NCBI RefSeq assembly: GCF_006345805.1
Contig: NC_043020.1
Location: 4,526,001-4,590,000 of the forward strand
DNA from: Octopus sinensis
Lineage: Eukaryota
Direction of reading: 5' to 3'
DNA: 64,000 nt
Position 1 is the first letter of the stretch. Each line of letters begins with the position of its first letter. The notes below the pieces were generated by a model, which did no database searches, was not told where the DNA came from, and was given only the letters and a program-made list of their open reading frames with translations. The position numbers and the translations under genes were made by a program. Shown here piece after piece: positions 37,579 to 50,471 of the stretch.

Positions 37579-38990
37579 TCACGATAGGATACACAAGTAT
37601 GATATGATGTGCTTCCTTTCTTGTGGGCAAAGATAAAAAATTTCACGTCTGCTGTTCAGATAGATGCCTTGGTGACGAGGGATCTTTAATATCGCTCTTT
37701 TCGCGGCCAAGTATAATCTACATTTCCTGCTACTATTGAAGTATGCTTTACGTTTCTCTAGAATCCTCCACTTTATGTTGTACTTGGTTGCGCTTTCTTT
37801 CAACGACCATACGTGCTTGGTCATGGTTGTGGCGTTACGTCTCTCAGGGATGCTGCAGGAAGACCAGTAGTTGTCATAGCAGTATCTAAAGTAGCCTTCA
37901 GTTCCTCCTATGTACATTCGCATCATTTGGTTACCCATTTGGTCCTATTGCTGTTACCTCTGCTTTGTATACGACGATTCCCGTATTACACTGGCTGTTC
38001 AGTGGACATGTGTTACCATTACATGAGCATTCTACCTGTCTCGGGTGTGGGCCTACCTACTAAAATCTTTTTTATATTGGGTGCACAGCTAAAGGAAACT
38101 TTCAAAGTGTATCTATTAAATATTTTACTGAACCTATTTGTACGAGAGAAGTGTTTGTCTAAGGAAAATCTTACCTACCCGGGTAGGTGTTGTGAACCAC
38201 AACACTTTCTGGTGGCAATTTATTTTGGTGGGTGGGGTAGGATCTGTCGTATAACTAATTCTTTCCTTGAAACCGCTGGCGGGCAGAACCTCATTATAGT
38301 ACAGGGTAGCAACATCAAAAAGTCTTTTACTGGGAGATAGGTTGGAGACACTTCTGTTAACGCCCTTTACCAGATTCTTGATAACTATGGCTAGATGACA
38401 GGAACATGTATTAATATATGATAGCTTCTCATTTGGCTTTTTAATTGGTCTATAGACACCAGACTCCAAGTCCAGGTCACACCAAGGAAATCCACCGTTT
38501 TCCGATTGGTTTCTATCGTGATTTTCAATCCAAGGAAATTCATAGTGCTGGTGAGATCCTTTCTAAGCTTATCTAGTGTGTGGCCATTTTCCCCTGTTGA
38601 TATTGCCAGTGTGCCATCCCTGTAGAGGCCGAAGCTAGCAGAAGGGAAATTCTTTTTGAGTAAATCTAGGACGAAGAAACCAACGAGGTCACACATGCCA
38701 GCACTGTCAAAAGCGCCTATTGCTATGTCGAAGGAGCCTTCTGGGTCAGTTCGTTTGACCCAGGCTGACTCCTTATTGAAGAGTAGGGTTCTTCTGGTAT
38801 GCATGATAATTCGTATGTACTCATCACTAACTTCAGTGTAGGACCTAGCGAAATCCAGTACCTTGAAAAGAAATTCGCTCAGTGTAGATGGGTAAAAGTC
38901 CACAATATTGAATTGGATAAAACTAGCTTTACCCTACTTTCCTCTATTGGTTTTAAACTCAACCAGCCTTCTCACTGGTCAAAAGGGATA
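37579..38990 (-). mobile_element. Penelope-like element, Naiad-type (RT + Cys linker + C-terminal GIY-YIG), 5'-truncated and frameshifted
   Basis: DFYPS, TLLFN...WVKR, FDIAIGAFDSAGMCDLVG, GLYRDG, VDFLGVT; linker CSCNGNTCPLNSQC..VVYKAEV; YIGGTE..KHVWSLK..IKWRIL..KCRL..LNSRREI..C. Confidence 0.9.
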
Positions 38991-39177
38991 AATATCCCCC
39001 GAGAAAATATCCATTAATATTATATCACCTGAAGAAATGAATTCATGAAGATAATCAACTCGATGTCCATGAATACTACAGACTACACTACAATCATCCC
39101 ACGAATACAGACTGTGATTTTAAGAGATGTGATTATATATATATGTATATTTTTTATTTAAAAAATTTTTTTTTATC

Positions 39178-39368
39178 TAGTTTCAGCTCACGAGTTGTGG
39201 CCATGCTGGGGCACCGCCATTTGATGTTGCTACATGATTTTACTTCACGAATGCTTTTTAGCAACTGCCATTTGGTGCATGAGAGAGTTCGATGAAGCTG
39301 CCCTCATCTGCACCTCCTGCCGTGAAGTTGGTTCATCCAGGACACCCGACAGGAAGAGATCCAGTCCT

Positions 39369-39375
<7 letters not shown>
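39178..39375 (-). mobile_element. 3' end of a LINE (CR1/Jockey-group-like) whose tail matches SINE family D
   Basis: [32 protein letters not shown]; 3' UTR ggcggtgccccagcatggccacaac..gctgaaacta. Confidence 0.65.
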
Positions 39376-39409
<34 letters not shown>

Positions 39410-39599
39410 CATGTGTGTGTGTATGTGTCTTTGTATGTATGTATTTATGTATGTATTTATGTATGCACGTATATATATATATGTGTCCATATATATGCAT
39501 GTGTGTATATATATATATATATATATCCATGTGTATATTCATGTGTGTGTGTGTGTATGTGTGTGTGTATGCATACACATACACATACTTTATTACTTT

Positions 39600-40255
39600 G
39601 TCCCATGCATTCCTAAGTCTCCCTCATTCACAAGTTCCAACCACTTTAAGTGGTCAGCACTTCTTTATGCATCTGTCCTCATGCATACGCATCACATGAT
39701 CAAGCCAGTGCAGTCTCCTCTTTACATCTAATTCCTCTTTAGCATAATTTTTTCTCTCAGTAGCCTAGTGCTCTGTTGTGTATGTACATTGACATTGCAC
39801 ATTCAGCTGTACATGTTTGTGCCATTTACCTGAAGTGGGTAGGGTCCTGTCTACTTACTTGGTTACGAAAATCTTATTTTTTGCTAAGTTAACCTTAAGG
39901 CCCTTCAATTCCAGGTTGTGCTTCCACACCTGGAAGTTTTGCTATGAGAACATGATCATCAGCATATAGCAGTTCCCCGGAGCAGCCAGTCTTGAATTCC
40001 TCTGTTTTAGCCTGGAGGACAATGATAAAAAAGGAGGGCACTGGGAACTGAGACCTGATGAATGCCTACCTGTGCACCAAATTCATCACTACTTTTGGTT
40101 AACTCTCACCTTTCTGACAGAGTCTCTGTACATGGCCTGTACAGCTTTCACAAGCCACTTGTCTACCCTTAACTTCCCCAGAACCCACCATATCACGTAG
40201 TGGGGTATTCTATCACGTAGTGGGGTACTCTATCTGGGTACTCCAGATCAACAAT
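39600..40255 (-). mobile_element. RTE LINE fragment, degraded
   Basis: Reverse complement of LLYADD at ~39955-39972, QVGIHQVSV and LHWLDHVMRM segments. Confidence 0.8.
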
Positions 40256-43200
40256 TTCCAGGTAAGTCCTGTGAAGATGGACTGAACATAACAGAAGGAG
40301 ACACTTGGAATGGAGAGTTGGTAAAGAAGCCACAAGATGTGTGATGAAAGGTTTCAGACAAAGGACACTAAAATAAAAATAATAATAAAGGTGAAGGGAA
40401 GAACAAGCATATAGTGCATGTAGTTATTTGGCAAAATAAAGAAAAAGAAACAATAACCATCCTGAAATATAGGATTATCTGTTTCAACACATGATTTCAC
40501 ATCAGGAATCTTGCAAAAAAAAAAAAATCTTGAAAAAAAAAAATACATAAACATAAAACTTTTTTAATAATTTGTATATATATATATTTAATACACAACT
40601 CAGTGAGAATCAGAAGTACTGAGAGAGAATAGTAACTATAACAGCTATTTAGAGCATTTAGAAACTGACATTCTGAATGATTGGAACTTCCTTTGCTGCA
40701 GAGGTTGAATAATAGAGGAACATGTCCTATTCTTTCACCTTTTAGCTTAGAAGATAAGGTCCATTCAAATCTGCATTATCTATACTGTCCATGGTAGTAG
40801 TAGCATTGGTGATGGTAGCAGCAATGGTAATGTGAGTGGTGGTTATGGTTGTAGTGATAGCAAAAGTTGTGCTTAAGGAGATGGCTGTGATCGTGGTGCT
40901 GGTTTTAATGGTGGTAAGGGCTGTGTTGAAGGAGATGGTGGTGGTGGTGGTGGTGGTGGTGGTATAGATGGTGATTTTAGTCCTGTAGTCATCATGTTCT
41001 TGTCCACTTCAGCATTAAACTCTACAACACCTGTATTCTTTATTTCCCTCCCTCTACCATACCCACCCTCTGTCCACATCCTTGTACATTGTCGATCCTA
41101 TATTTACACCATGTCTTGACTCACTAATAACATTGTCTATCTGTCAATATCTCAAGAGGACAGTTGATTGGCAGAATTATCAGACACAATGCTTTCTAGT
41201 ATTTTTTTCTTGCTCTTTATGAAGTAAATTCAAATATTGCCAAGTTCAATTTTGCCTTTTGTCTTTTCAGGATCAATAAGATAAAGTACCAGTCAAGTAC
41301 TATGATTGATGTAATCAAATAATCCAGTTCTCTCAATATTGATGGATTTATATCAGAAACCAAATTAGAAATCAAAACACTGGTGGGTCAGCATTGTCAA
41401 TGCAAAGAGCCAGAACAAATACTAGTATTTGTTTTGACTTTTTATATTCTGAGTTTGTGGCATAGTGGGTCATGTACCAAAGATGTCAGGCAAGTGAAGG
41501 GTTCAACCAAAAAGCCTGCCCAGAGGTGGAAGGAGAAGTGACATCAGGTAAGGAACAAGGAGATTTGAGAGATCTCTTTTGAACTGAGGATTTGGTTAGG
41601 ATGAGCACGTGGTTGGAGTCTCTGCATACTCTAGCTTCTTTCTTGTAGTTGTGGTAGTGAAGTTTTCTGAGTTGCATAGTAAAATCAAGTTCCTTTTGAA
41701 ATTGTCCCCAGAGGTTAAGGTCAGAGGGTTTTTGTCTTTTATACTACGGGGTTCTTTCAAGATTGATAAAACAAAGTACCATTCAAGTATTGGTTAATTT
41801 AATCTACTATTTCCTGTCACTCTTCTAATTTTCTGAACTTGAGTCCATGTTTGGATGAACATGGTCTGAATGAACTGGCTTACTGTAAACATGCCCTTTT
41901 TGGGTACAGTGCATAAGAGGGGGGATGTAAAGATGCCACAAATATCTGCTCAGATGGAAACATTTGTTTGGCAAAGGATAAAATCAGTTCAGATATGTTA
42001 GTGGGATTACAGCTCAGCACCTGGAGAGATAAGTCCATGCAAACAGACAGAATTATGGCATGCTGGACAAATGGATCAGTTAGACTGACCTCTGGCAGAT
42101 GTGGGATGAGGTTGTATGCTAGTCAAGGCTCAAAGTTTGAGGACAGATACCAGCTTGGTTGGACTCCAGTTGATTCTTTTACAAGCTCCTCTTGAAAAGG
42201 AAGGTCAGTATAGGAAGTGAGATGCTGTCCTCAAGTGACCGCTAACACCATCAGCATCACCATTACTCTGCAATCACTTCTGCTGTCATGTTTATTTTAA
42301 ATTTCCTTTCATAGTCTTGCTGAGGGTTGTCCCACAGAAAATGTCTAACCACTAATTGTCTTGTTTTCTCAATTCTTACACTTTCTAATAATAATAATAA
42401 TTTCTGATCCAAGTGCAAAGCCAGCAATTTTGAGAGGAAATGGGTTAGTTGATACCATCGTCTTTAGTACTTCATTGGTACTATATTTTATAGACCCAGA
42501 GAAGATGAAAGAGAAAGTTGACTTCAGTTGGATCTGAACACATTAAAATGAAGTACTAATCGTATACTGATGTGAGTTGAAGTATTTGTCTAACCTTTTC
42601 TCTTCAAAATTGCTGGCCTTGTTCCATCTATCCATCCACCTCTACCCCACCCTCTAACATAATGAACCAATGATGGGGCCTTTCAGCTTGCATAAAATAG
42701 TATCCAAATCACCCTATAATTATATACACAACCCCTGTTTTAGAAAGGACACATTAGATAATGTGGTCCCAGGTTCTTGCTACATTGCAAGCAACTTAAC
42801 AGTTACAGAGAAAATACCTTTGATCTTCGGTGTACTGAGTCAAAGTTGACCAGGGGTTAAACAACATTGACAAGAGACTCTCCAGATGTGCTAGAAATAG
42901 CAGCGATACCGTGTTCAAATTACATCATCTTAAGAAATAAAGAAACAAATTACACTACAAACTCATAAATAAATGGGATTGCCATGACGACAATACAGGC
43001 TACATAACCACCATAACCACAAGCACATTATATCCACATTTTATCCAATGAAATGCCAAGCTCAAACAGCAAATGTGTATGTATGTGACTCTCCAACACC
43101 TGCACGTATGTTTCATTATTCTCCCATTACCTCTTCTGTTCTTCCCATTCACCTCTCACAAACGCCTTCTACATCTTTCTGATAATAAAATCAACTTTTG

Positions 43201-43270
43201 AAACTTAAGTAAACACTTCATTCGCTTACTAGCAAACTACTTCAACATGACAATCTGCTGAACTACATAT

Positions 43271-43336
<66 letters not shown>

Positions 43337-43434
43337 GTTAATCCAAACAAGAAAACACAGAAAAAAAAACACAGCAACACGAGGACGTGGAACAATTAAA
43401 GTATTATTTGATGCTCAGGAAAGCAGGGAATATT

Positions 43435-43470
<36 letters not shown>

Positions 43471-43480
43471 TATGTATGCG

Positions 43481-43518
<38 letters not shown>

Positions 43519-43530
43519 CATACATATCTA

Positions 43531-43650
<120 letters not shown>

Positions 43651-43689
43651 ATGTATGTGTGTGTATATATATATGTGTGTGTATATGTA

Positions 43690-44178
43690 TCTTTATATAT
43701 ATAAAACTGAGAATGTGTGTCTGTCTGTGTATTTCCCTAAAACTTGAGAACTACACAACCAATTTCATTCAAATTTTACACATGCCTTACTTAGGGTCCG
43801 GGGAGTGTCATCGGCAAAAAAATGTTCAACTTCTTGCCTAGAGCGAGCCCATAGCAATATCATATCTTCTCCACTATTTCAGTATTACGTGTTAAAAGTG
43901 AAACAAAAACGTTTCTCTATTTTATGTCAGATACTTTCACTTTAACAATAAAAATAATAATAACAATTGAATTATATGTTGTAATTAATAATTAAAATCA
44001 AACTAAAGTATAATATTATCGTTACATAACAAAAGTAAAAATATAGCAATTGGTATAAAATTGCATCAATGACTTGAACTTGAATCAGTGGTTTCACATG
44101 AATGGGAATAAATAAAAAATAAAATTTAAGTGCAGAAATGGAATAGTCCAGATGGAGGTGTGCACGGCTTTTAGCTAG
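43690..44178 (+). mobile_element. Non-autonomous Helitron
   Basis: A|TCtttatatatataaaactgagaatgtgtgtctgtctg 5' end, caaccaatttcattcaaattttacac motif, 3' gtgcacggcttttagCTAG. Confidence 0.6.
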
Positions 44179-44532
44179 CATTAAGCATTCTACTGAGTAC
44201 CGCTGTTAATTTATTTCTGATCCATAAAGGCCTATAGCTTCAACAGAGTACTGCTTTTTGGTTTACCGTAAGATTTGTTGTTATTATTATTTCTGTTTAA
44301 CTATTGTTATCACGTTTGTTGGTTATTCGTAACGGAAGCGTTGTTGTGTTGCATTTGTTAAATAATTGTAAACCATAACCCTCCCCCTTTGGGAGAAGGA
44401 GCTTTGGTTATTGTTTAAAAATTGAATTGTGTCCCTTTTTTCGCGCCTGTTGATCGACGTGGTTTCGTCGACCGAGAATTCTTGGATTCGGTTTCGAATC
44501 TAGGCTTAGAGAAGGAAGTTCTAATTCTTACA

Positions 44533-45449
44533 TTACCAACACGTGTCATGTGAGTTGCGGGTCGCACTGGGGCTTCGGTACCGTCTGCCATCTCGTCGCG
44601 ATCGGCTGGTGCTTCGGCGCTGGGAACTAAGCGATAGGGCCTGTATTTGGTTGGTGAGGGTCTGAATTTGAGCAGCTTGCTGCATCATTAATGCACGCAA
44701 GTCCGAAATCTCGGAAGAACTGGTTTGTGCACGGAAGGGATTGGTACTGGGAGTGACTGGCGTCACCGTCGATACCGTTGGATATTTGTGCGGTACTTCG
44801 GCTATTTTGTCAGCTAGTTCCGCCAGTTCTTCAATGGATGTATTTTCTCTAGTAGAAGCGAGAACAACCTGGGTATTGGAGGGCAGACGCTGGAGAAAAA
44901 GCTGCTTGAAAATTTTTTCCGGGAGGCTCTCATCTCCGAGAAGCTGCTTCCTTCTACAAAGAAGCTGGGACGGCGTTTTGTCACCCAATTCTTCCGATAT
45001 CAGAAGCTGGTGAAGTCGTTTCTGTTGCGATTCGGAGGTTCTGTTTATCAGCGTGGTTTTAAAGGTGTCGCACGACACAGAACCGGGTGGTGCCATGATA
45101 AGATCACGGACAATGTGTGTGATTTCTGGTGACAGAGAACCGATAAGATGCGAAAGTCGAGACGCATCGCTCAGTATTCGGTGAGAAGAATACTGTACCT
45201 CTATATGGTGAAACTATAATGCAGGGTCGTGGGTCCAGAATGGTGGAATTTTCAAAGAAATCGCCGCTTGGAATGCCATGTCGATCGGAGGTATGATGTT
45301 GGCCGCTGGATTCTGTTCCGGCAGGGCCTTTGTGTTCGTTGGAATTCTCATGTGTTTCGTTGCCGGGTGATGTGCAAGCTGTAATTCTTCGACGCGGTTG
45401 ATGAAGCTGGTTCCGGGGAAGGCGCTATTCGTTTGACAGGGTCACCAAA
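44533..45449 (-). mobile_element. Gypsy LTR retrotransposon gag (truncated) with PBS
   Basis: LKIPPFWTHDPAL..IEVQY..VRDLIMAPP..LHQLLISEELGDKTPSQLL..LFLQRLP..LAELADKI..CW; tggtgaccc PBS just after the LTR end. Confidence 0.9.
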
Positions 45450-45594
45450 TGTAGTGGATGTGTGTGTATGTAAATAAATGCATAAACTGTTTCATGATTA
45501 AAAAGGGATTTATTTACAGGGTTATCAGTACACTACATACAAATGTAAGCAAATGCTATGAATTGCTTGTATAGAACACATATTAAAGATGAAT

Positions 45595-45626
<32 letters not shown>

Positions 45627-45888
45627 GCGTGTGTCATTCGAAACAGTAGTCGATAGATACTGTGAGCATTGTCGTCTGCTAAAACGCTGGGCGAGATTGT
45701 GTTAGCTTTCTCTGTTTTTCCCTTGTATTTATAATATTTGAGACAGCTAGAAAAACAGACATAACGCAATAGAGACAGTGCTTTATTTAGGTGAGCACTT
45801 GTCCATTTGAACTTAGCCTGACATGGCTTAGGTCGCAGGTCAAAGGGAGATGATCAATCACTTTTTGACAACAAAGAGATTCTTACAT
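45450..45888 (-). mobile_element. 5' LTR of the Gypsy element
   Basis: Minus strand TGTAAG...CTACA, TATAAATA near 45730, AATAAA near 45512, abuts the PBS. Confidence 0.7.
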
Positions 45889-45991
45889 TTCGCGCCTCTA
45901 AATGCATTGGTTTGGACGAACGATGAGTCTTGGATTCGATTTCGAATCTAGGCTTAGAGAAGGAAGTGCTAATTCTTACATATGCACAAAC

Positions 45992-46062
<71 letters not shown>

Positions 46063-46065
<3 letters not shown>

Positions 46066-47808
46066 TCATCATCATCATCATTATCGTTTAACGTCTGTTT
46101 TCCATGCTGGCATGGGTTGGATGGTTTGACTGGGGTCTGGTTAGCCAGGAGGCTGCACCAGGCTCCAGTCTGATCTGGCACTATTTCTACACCTGGATGA
46201 CCTTCCTAACGCCAATCCCTCCAAGTGTGTAGTGGGTGCTTTTTACGGGCCACCAGTGCAGGGAGCAGAGGGGCTGGTATCGACCATGATCGGATGGTGA
46301 TTTTTACAATTACTATTTCCATTTGATTGTGATTTGATTTGATTTGATGCACTTAACTCAATAGGTCTTCTCAAGCATGGCATGTCACCTTACGATCCAA
46401 GGTACTTGTAGTGAGTGTGCGATTTGAATATAGAGGCACCTACCTTCTCTTCGTGGCGACGGAGATCCTCCAGAGATGACTGGTCCTTCCTCACCCTACC
46501 CGAACACTAACGATAGCAGCTGCTAGCCCCAAACCCTTAGCGTCGTCCACGCACGTCTTGTCGCCAGCACGACCCACGTTGGAAAGGTCAATTTTCGCCC
46601 CCTGCGCACGCTTGACAGCTGACCCCTTCTGCTTGCCCCAGCTTCCGGTCAACGCACCCTGCTGCTGACGTCCGGCTGCTGACGTCATCCCACAGTACTT
46701 TTGAGTGGGCTGGTTATGTAACACTGGTGTAGGTTACAGCTGTGAACTCACTTTATTTTCAGGGTCTTCGCAGTCACAGCATATCTCTAGAGGTCTTGGT
46801 CTTTTGTCATTGCTTCAGTAAGACCAAACATTCGAAGGTCATGCTTCACCACCTCATCCCATGTCTTCCTGGGTCTACCTCTACCCTGGATTCCTGCCAC
46901 TGTTTGGGAGTGGCACTTCTTCACACAGCTTTCCTCATCCATCTGTTGTACATGACAACACCAACGCAAACGTCTCTCTTGCACGCCACATCTGATGCTT
47001 CTTATATCCAATATTTCTCTCAGGGCGCTTACACTCTGTTGTGTGTGCATACTGATATTACACATCCAGCAGATCATGCTAGCTTAATTTCTTTCAAGTC
47101 TACGCATGTCTTCAGCAATTGCGGCTCATGTTTCACAACTGTGAAGCATGGCAGTTCGCACACATGCATCATACAATCTACCTTTCACTCTGAGCAAGAG
47201 GCTCTTTGTCACTGGTAGGGGTAGTAGCTTACTGAACTTTACCCAGGCTATTCTTATTCTAGTGGTTACACTCTCTGAGCATCCACCCCCACCCCCACTA
47301 CAGAATTGGTCACCTAGGTAGCAGAAGCTATAAACTACTTTTAGTTTCTCCCTCTGGCATGTGATGGAATCTGTTTTCTGAGCATCTGTGGTGTTTATTG
47401 CCCCTGTGCATCTGCTGCACATGAAAGCTTTCTTCCTGGTTAATCTTATGCATCCATAGCTTACACTGGGCACATCTTATGGAATTTCTACCTACACCTT
47501 TTCTACAGAATGAGCAGTGTCACCTACCTGAAGGGGTGTGTGATGTGTTCACTTTCCTACTTACAAGAACTTTGGTTTTTGCGACATTAACTCTAAGGCC
47601 CTTTGATTCTAAACCTTGCTTCCACACCTGAAATTTCTTCTCCAGTTCTGGTAGTGATTCTGTTATGAGGGCCAGGTCATCAGCATAGAGGAGCTCCTAG
47701 GGCAGCCTGTCTTCATTTCTTCTGTTATTGCCTGGAGGACTATGATGAATAAAAGGGGGCTGAGGGCTGATCCTTGGTAGACCTCTACTTCTACCTGAAA
47801 TTCTTCAG
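46063..47808 (-). mobile_element. 5'-truncated RTE LINE with (GAT)n tail, interrupted by a solo LTR
   Basis: VYQGSALSPLLF, YADD, RLRWC.HV, GRGRPRKTWDEVV; 3' UTR matches 18400-18590. Confidence 0.92.
46407..46694. mobile_element. 288-bp solo LTR with 5-bp TSD
   Basis: TGT...ACA termini; GTACT duplicated at 46402-46406 and 46695-46699; the RTE copy at 18130-18145 is uninterrupted at this site. Confidence 0.88.
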
Positions 47809-48259
47809 GTATTTTCGCACCCGACTTCCCAAAATGTGTCTGAATAAACATTGCCGGACAGTAAATAGAGACTCGGACATTGCTTAGAAAATAATTTTCA
47901 TTTTTAACCTCGTATATAGTATGCACTAGGGAATTTGACCTTTAAATTTTGGGGGGGAAATGCGGATTATACTCGTGGATTTACGGTAGTTGTTTTAATT
48001 TACTTCAGTACCTGATTAGTACTTTTCTTTTTACATTGGAAGACTGAAAATGTTTTAAAATCAACCTCAAATTTGTTCACTACAGACTGGTGTTTCTCTA
48101 CCATTTTTTTTGCCTACCCTTTGATTTCTATTTTACTCAGAAGGACCCTCATAGCGATTTGATATTTAAGAAAACTCCTATTGTATTTTTATAATTAAAT
48201 ATTATTAGGATTTTTATTTTTAAAAATTGTTAAAACATCAAGTGTTTTGAAGAAGTACG

Positions 48260-48574
48260 TACCTTATATAATCGACTATAAAACACCTTTGCCTATAAGA
48301 CGCACTCTAGATTTACAAGGTTAGGGAAAAAAGTCAAAATTGAAGAATTTGGGGAGGAAAAAGTGGGGGTGGCATTTAACACTACCGATCTTTGGCAATT
48401 TTCCTGAATCTCCGTATCCGAAAACAGCAAATTTGGGAGAAAATGGCGGGAGGGGAAGGACGGAAGTCTTTCCGAAAAAATCTTAGGATTTTTTATAGGA
48501 TGCGCTTATAAGTCGCACTCCCAACTTTAGGTGAAAATTTAAGGGGGAAAAAAAGTAATTGAGTATATACGGTA
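48260..48574. mobile_element. Tc2/pogo-like MITE (related pieces 47810-47988, 50272-50370)
   Basis: tacc.tatata..gactataa..tataagacgcac / gcgcttataagtcgcac..gagtatatacggta termini. Confidence 0.6.
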
Positions 48575-48779
48575 TAACTTATTGCATATGTATTTTAACA
48601 ACAAAATCTTAACTGGAACCTTAACAAGTCATAATGAAGAGAACTAATAAATCCCAGAAAGATCTCTCATATATGCTGAAATTATTCTTTACTTTAAGAA
48701 AGAATAATTCTTATAAACATTATTTGTCATTTGTCAAAATAAACTGTAAATGTATATATATAATCTGCTTTACAATGGG

Positions 48780-48863
48780 ATTAATTTATCACTGAGCAAA
48801 TACGGAACTAAAGCGGTTGAAAATTAGTCTCTGACTTTTCGCAAAGCATTGTGGGATTGTCGT
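48780..48863 (+). promoter_or_regulatory. Promoter-like block with ZNF143/Staf-type motif, copy 1
   Basis: gcattgtgggattgtcgt (48846-63; rc ACGACAATCCCACAATGC) resembles the ACTACAATTCCCA.AATGC consensus; donor aa|gtaaga at 49192. Confidence 0.55.
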
Positions 48864-49739
48864 TTCAATTTTAACAGCGGCAAGTTTGTAAAAAATATGT
48901 GAATTCAACTTATGGACTTTAATTTCTCTTCAACTTGGAAATATTTGTCTTGTTTTTTCACTGAAAATTGTTTATAAGTTAGTGCTTTTATGAATACATA
49001 TTACTTAAAATGGATTTCGATGAATAACATTTGAGAGAAATGAATATCGACTGCCGTCAAAAATATCCCAAAGTTAGTTTTTGTTTTTATTGATAACACA
49101 CAGAAAAAGATTTGTCCTGCATCTAAAGAAGTCAACAGAAGAATTTCCAGTCATAAATTCTCGAAGTTGCTGTTTGTCCTCCACCGAAAAAGTAAGAATT
49201 TATTAATATTATTGTCAAACCATTTATCTTCTTAAGTTTTGTGTCAATTATGATGTATAGGGATAAATATATTGATTCTTAAACAAGAGACTTCTTTCTA
49301 CCACCTACCTTCACACGCACACACACACACTCACACAACTTTAAAAATAAGTCTATTACTTCAAATGTTAATGGTTTCTGTTAAGGCTCAGCAATTTTTA
49401 AACGAGTTCTTGACTAGAATTTGGTTTGTCAACTCTTAAAATAACTTTCAGTTCTTTAGACATTCACATGATTAACAAGGCTAACGTGGGGTGGCTAGAA
49501 ATAGCAGTCAAATTACTCTCAGATCCGTACAAGATCATGCAATTGTTCAGTCTAGGAGCCTAATAACAAATCAACTTAGTTGTTTATGAAAGAAATCGAT
49601 ATTTAGAGAGTGAAAACGTGTTTTTCTCTCTTTTTTTGCTGGGGCACCGACTTTGGTCGAGCAAATCGACCCCAGGACTTATTCTTTGTAAGCCTAGTAC
49701 TTATTCTATCGGTCTCTATTGCCGTAAACACAACGCGCA

Positions 49740-49814
<75 letters not shown>

Positions 49815-49816
<2 letters not shown>

Positions 49817-49952
49817 GACGGGCTTCTTCCGTTTCCGTCTACCAAATCCACTCACAAGACTATAGTAGAAGATACTTGCCCAAGGTACCATGCAGTGGGA
49901 TAGAACCCGGAACCATGTGGTTCGTAAGCAAGCTACTTACCACACAGCCACT
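49815..49952 (-). mobile_element. tRNA-derived SINE family C ((TA)n-associated)
   Basis: gtggctgtgtggtaagtagcttgcttac..ggttccgggttc..ccttgggcaagt..gacggaaac..gcccgtcg+(TA)n. Other copies 60570-60730(-), 61290-61430, 61460-61615, 63060-63360(-), 63770-64000. Confidence 0.8.
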
Positions 49953-50089
49953 CATATATATACACATATACACGACTGGTTTTATTAATTTTCCAGGAGG
50001 GTGGACTGCTAAAAAATGCAGTGAAATCTGGATATGCTAGAAACAGCAGTCAAATCTCTTATATGGAAATCTTCATGTGTGAGTGTGTG

Positions 50090-50262
50090 CTAGTCACCCA
50101 CCCCCACATTCGCTTGACAACCGATGTCGGTGTGTTTATGTCGACGAAGCTGAGCGCCTTGGCAAAAAGTGACCGATGGAATAAGTACTAGGCTTACAAG
50201 GAATAAGTCCTGGGATCGATTTGTTTCGACTAAAGGCGGTGCTCCAGCATAGCCGCAGTCAA
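50090..50262 (+). mobile_element. SINE family D 3' part
   Basis: gcttgacaaccgatg..gaataagtactaggcttacaaggaataagtcctggg..ggcggtgctccagcat. Opposite-strand copies 49637-49730, 60318-60460, 62158-62295. Confidence 0.75.
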
Positions 50263-50388
50263 CATGTGGGAAAAAAGTCAAAACTGAAGAAGTTGGGTGG
50301 GGAAAGGCGGGGACAAAGTTTCACAATGGCGATTTTTGGCAATTTTCCGAAAACGGGGATTTTTGGCAGACAAAAAAGGAATTACAAA

Positions 50389-50471
50389 TTAATTTATCAC
50401 CAAGGAAATACGGAACTATGGCGGCTGAAAATTGGTGTCTGACTTTTCGCAAAGCATTGTGGGATTGTCGT
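50389..50471 (+). promoter_or_regulatory. Promoter-like block with ZNF143/Staf-type motif, copy 2
   Basis: Diverged duplicate of 48780-48863 with the motif-containing 3' ~33 nt identical; aatggcg just downstream; donor gaa|gtaagt at 50537. Confidence 0.55.

Noticed and set aside
37980-38060. Possible selenocysteine recoding, as reported for some Naiad elements
   Set aside because: The linker cysteines are ordinary TGC/TGT codons; no in-frame TGA at conserved Cys positions was seen
41880-42240. Possible L1/Tx1-like LINE fragment
   Set aside because: Too degraded to assign without a search
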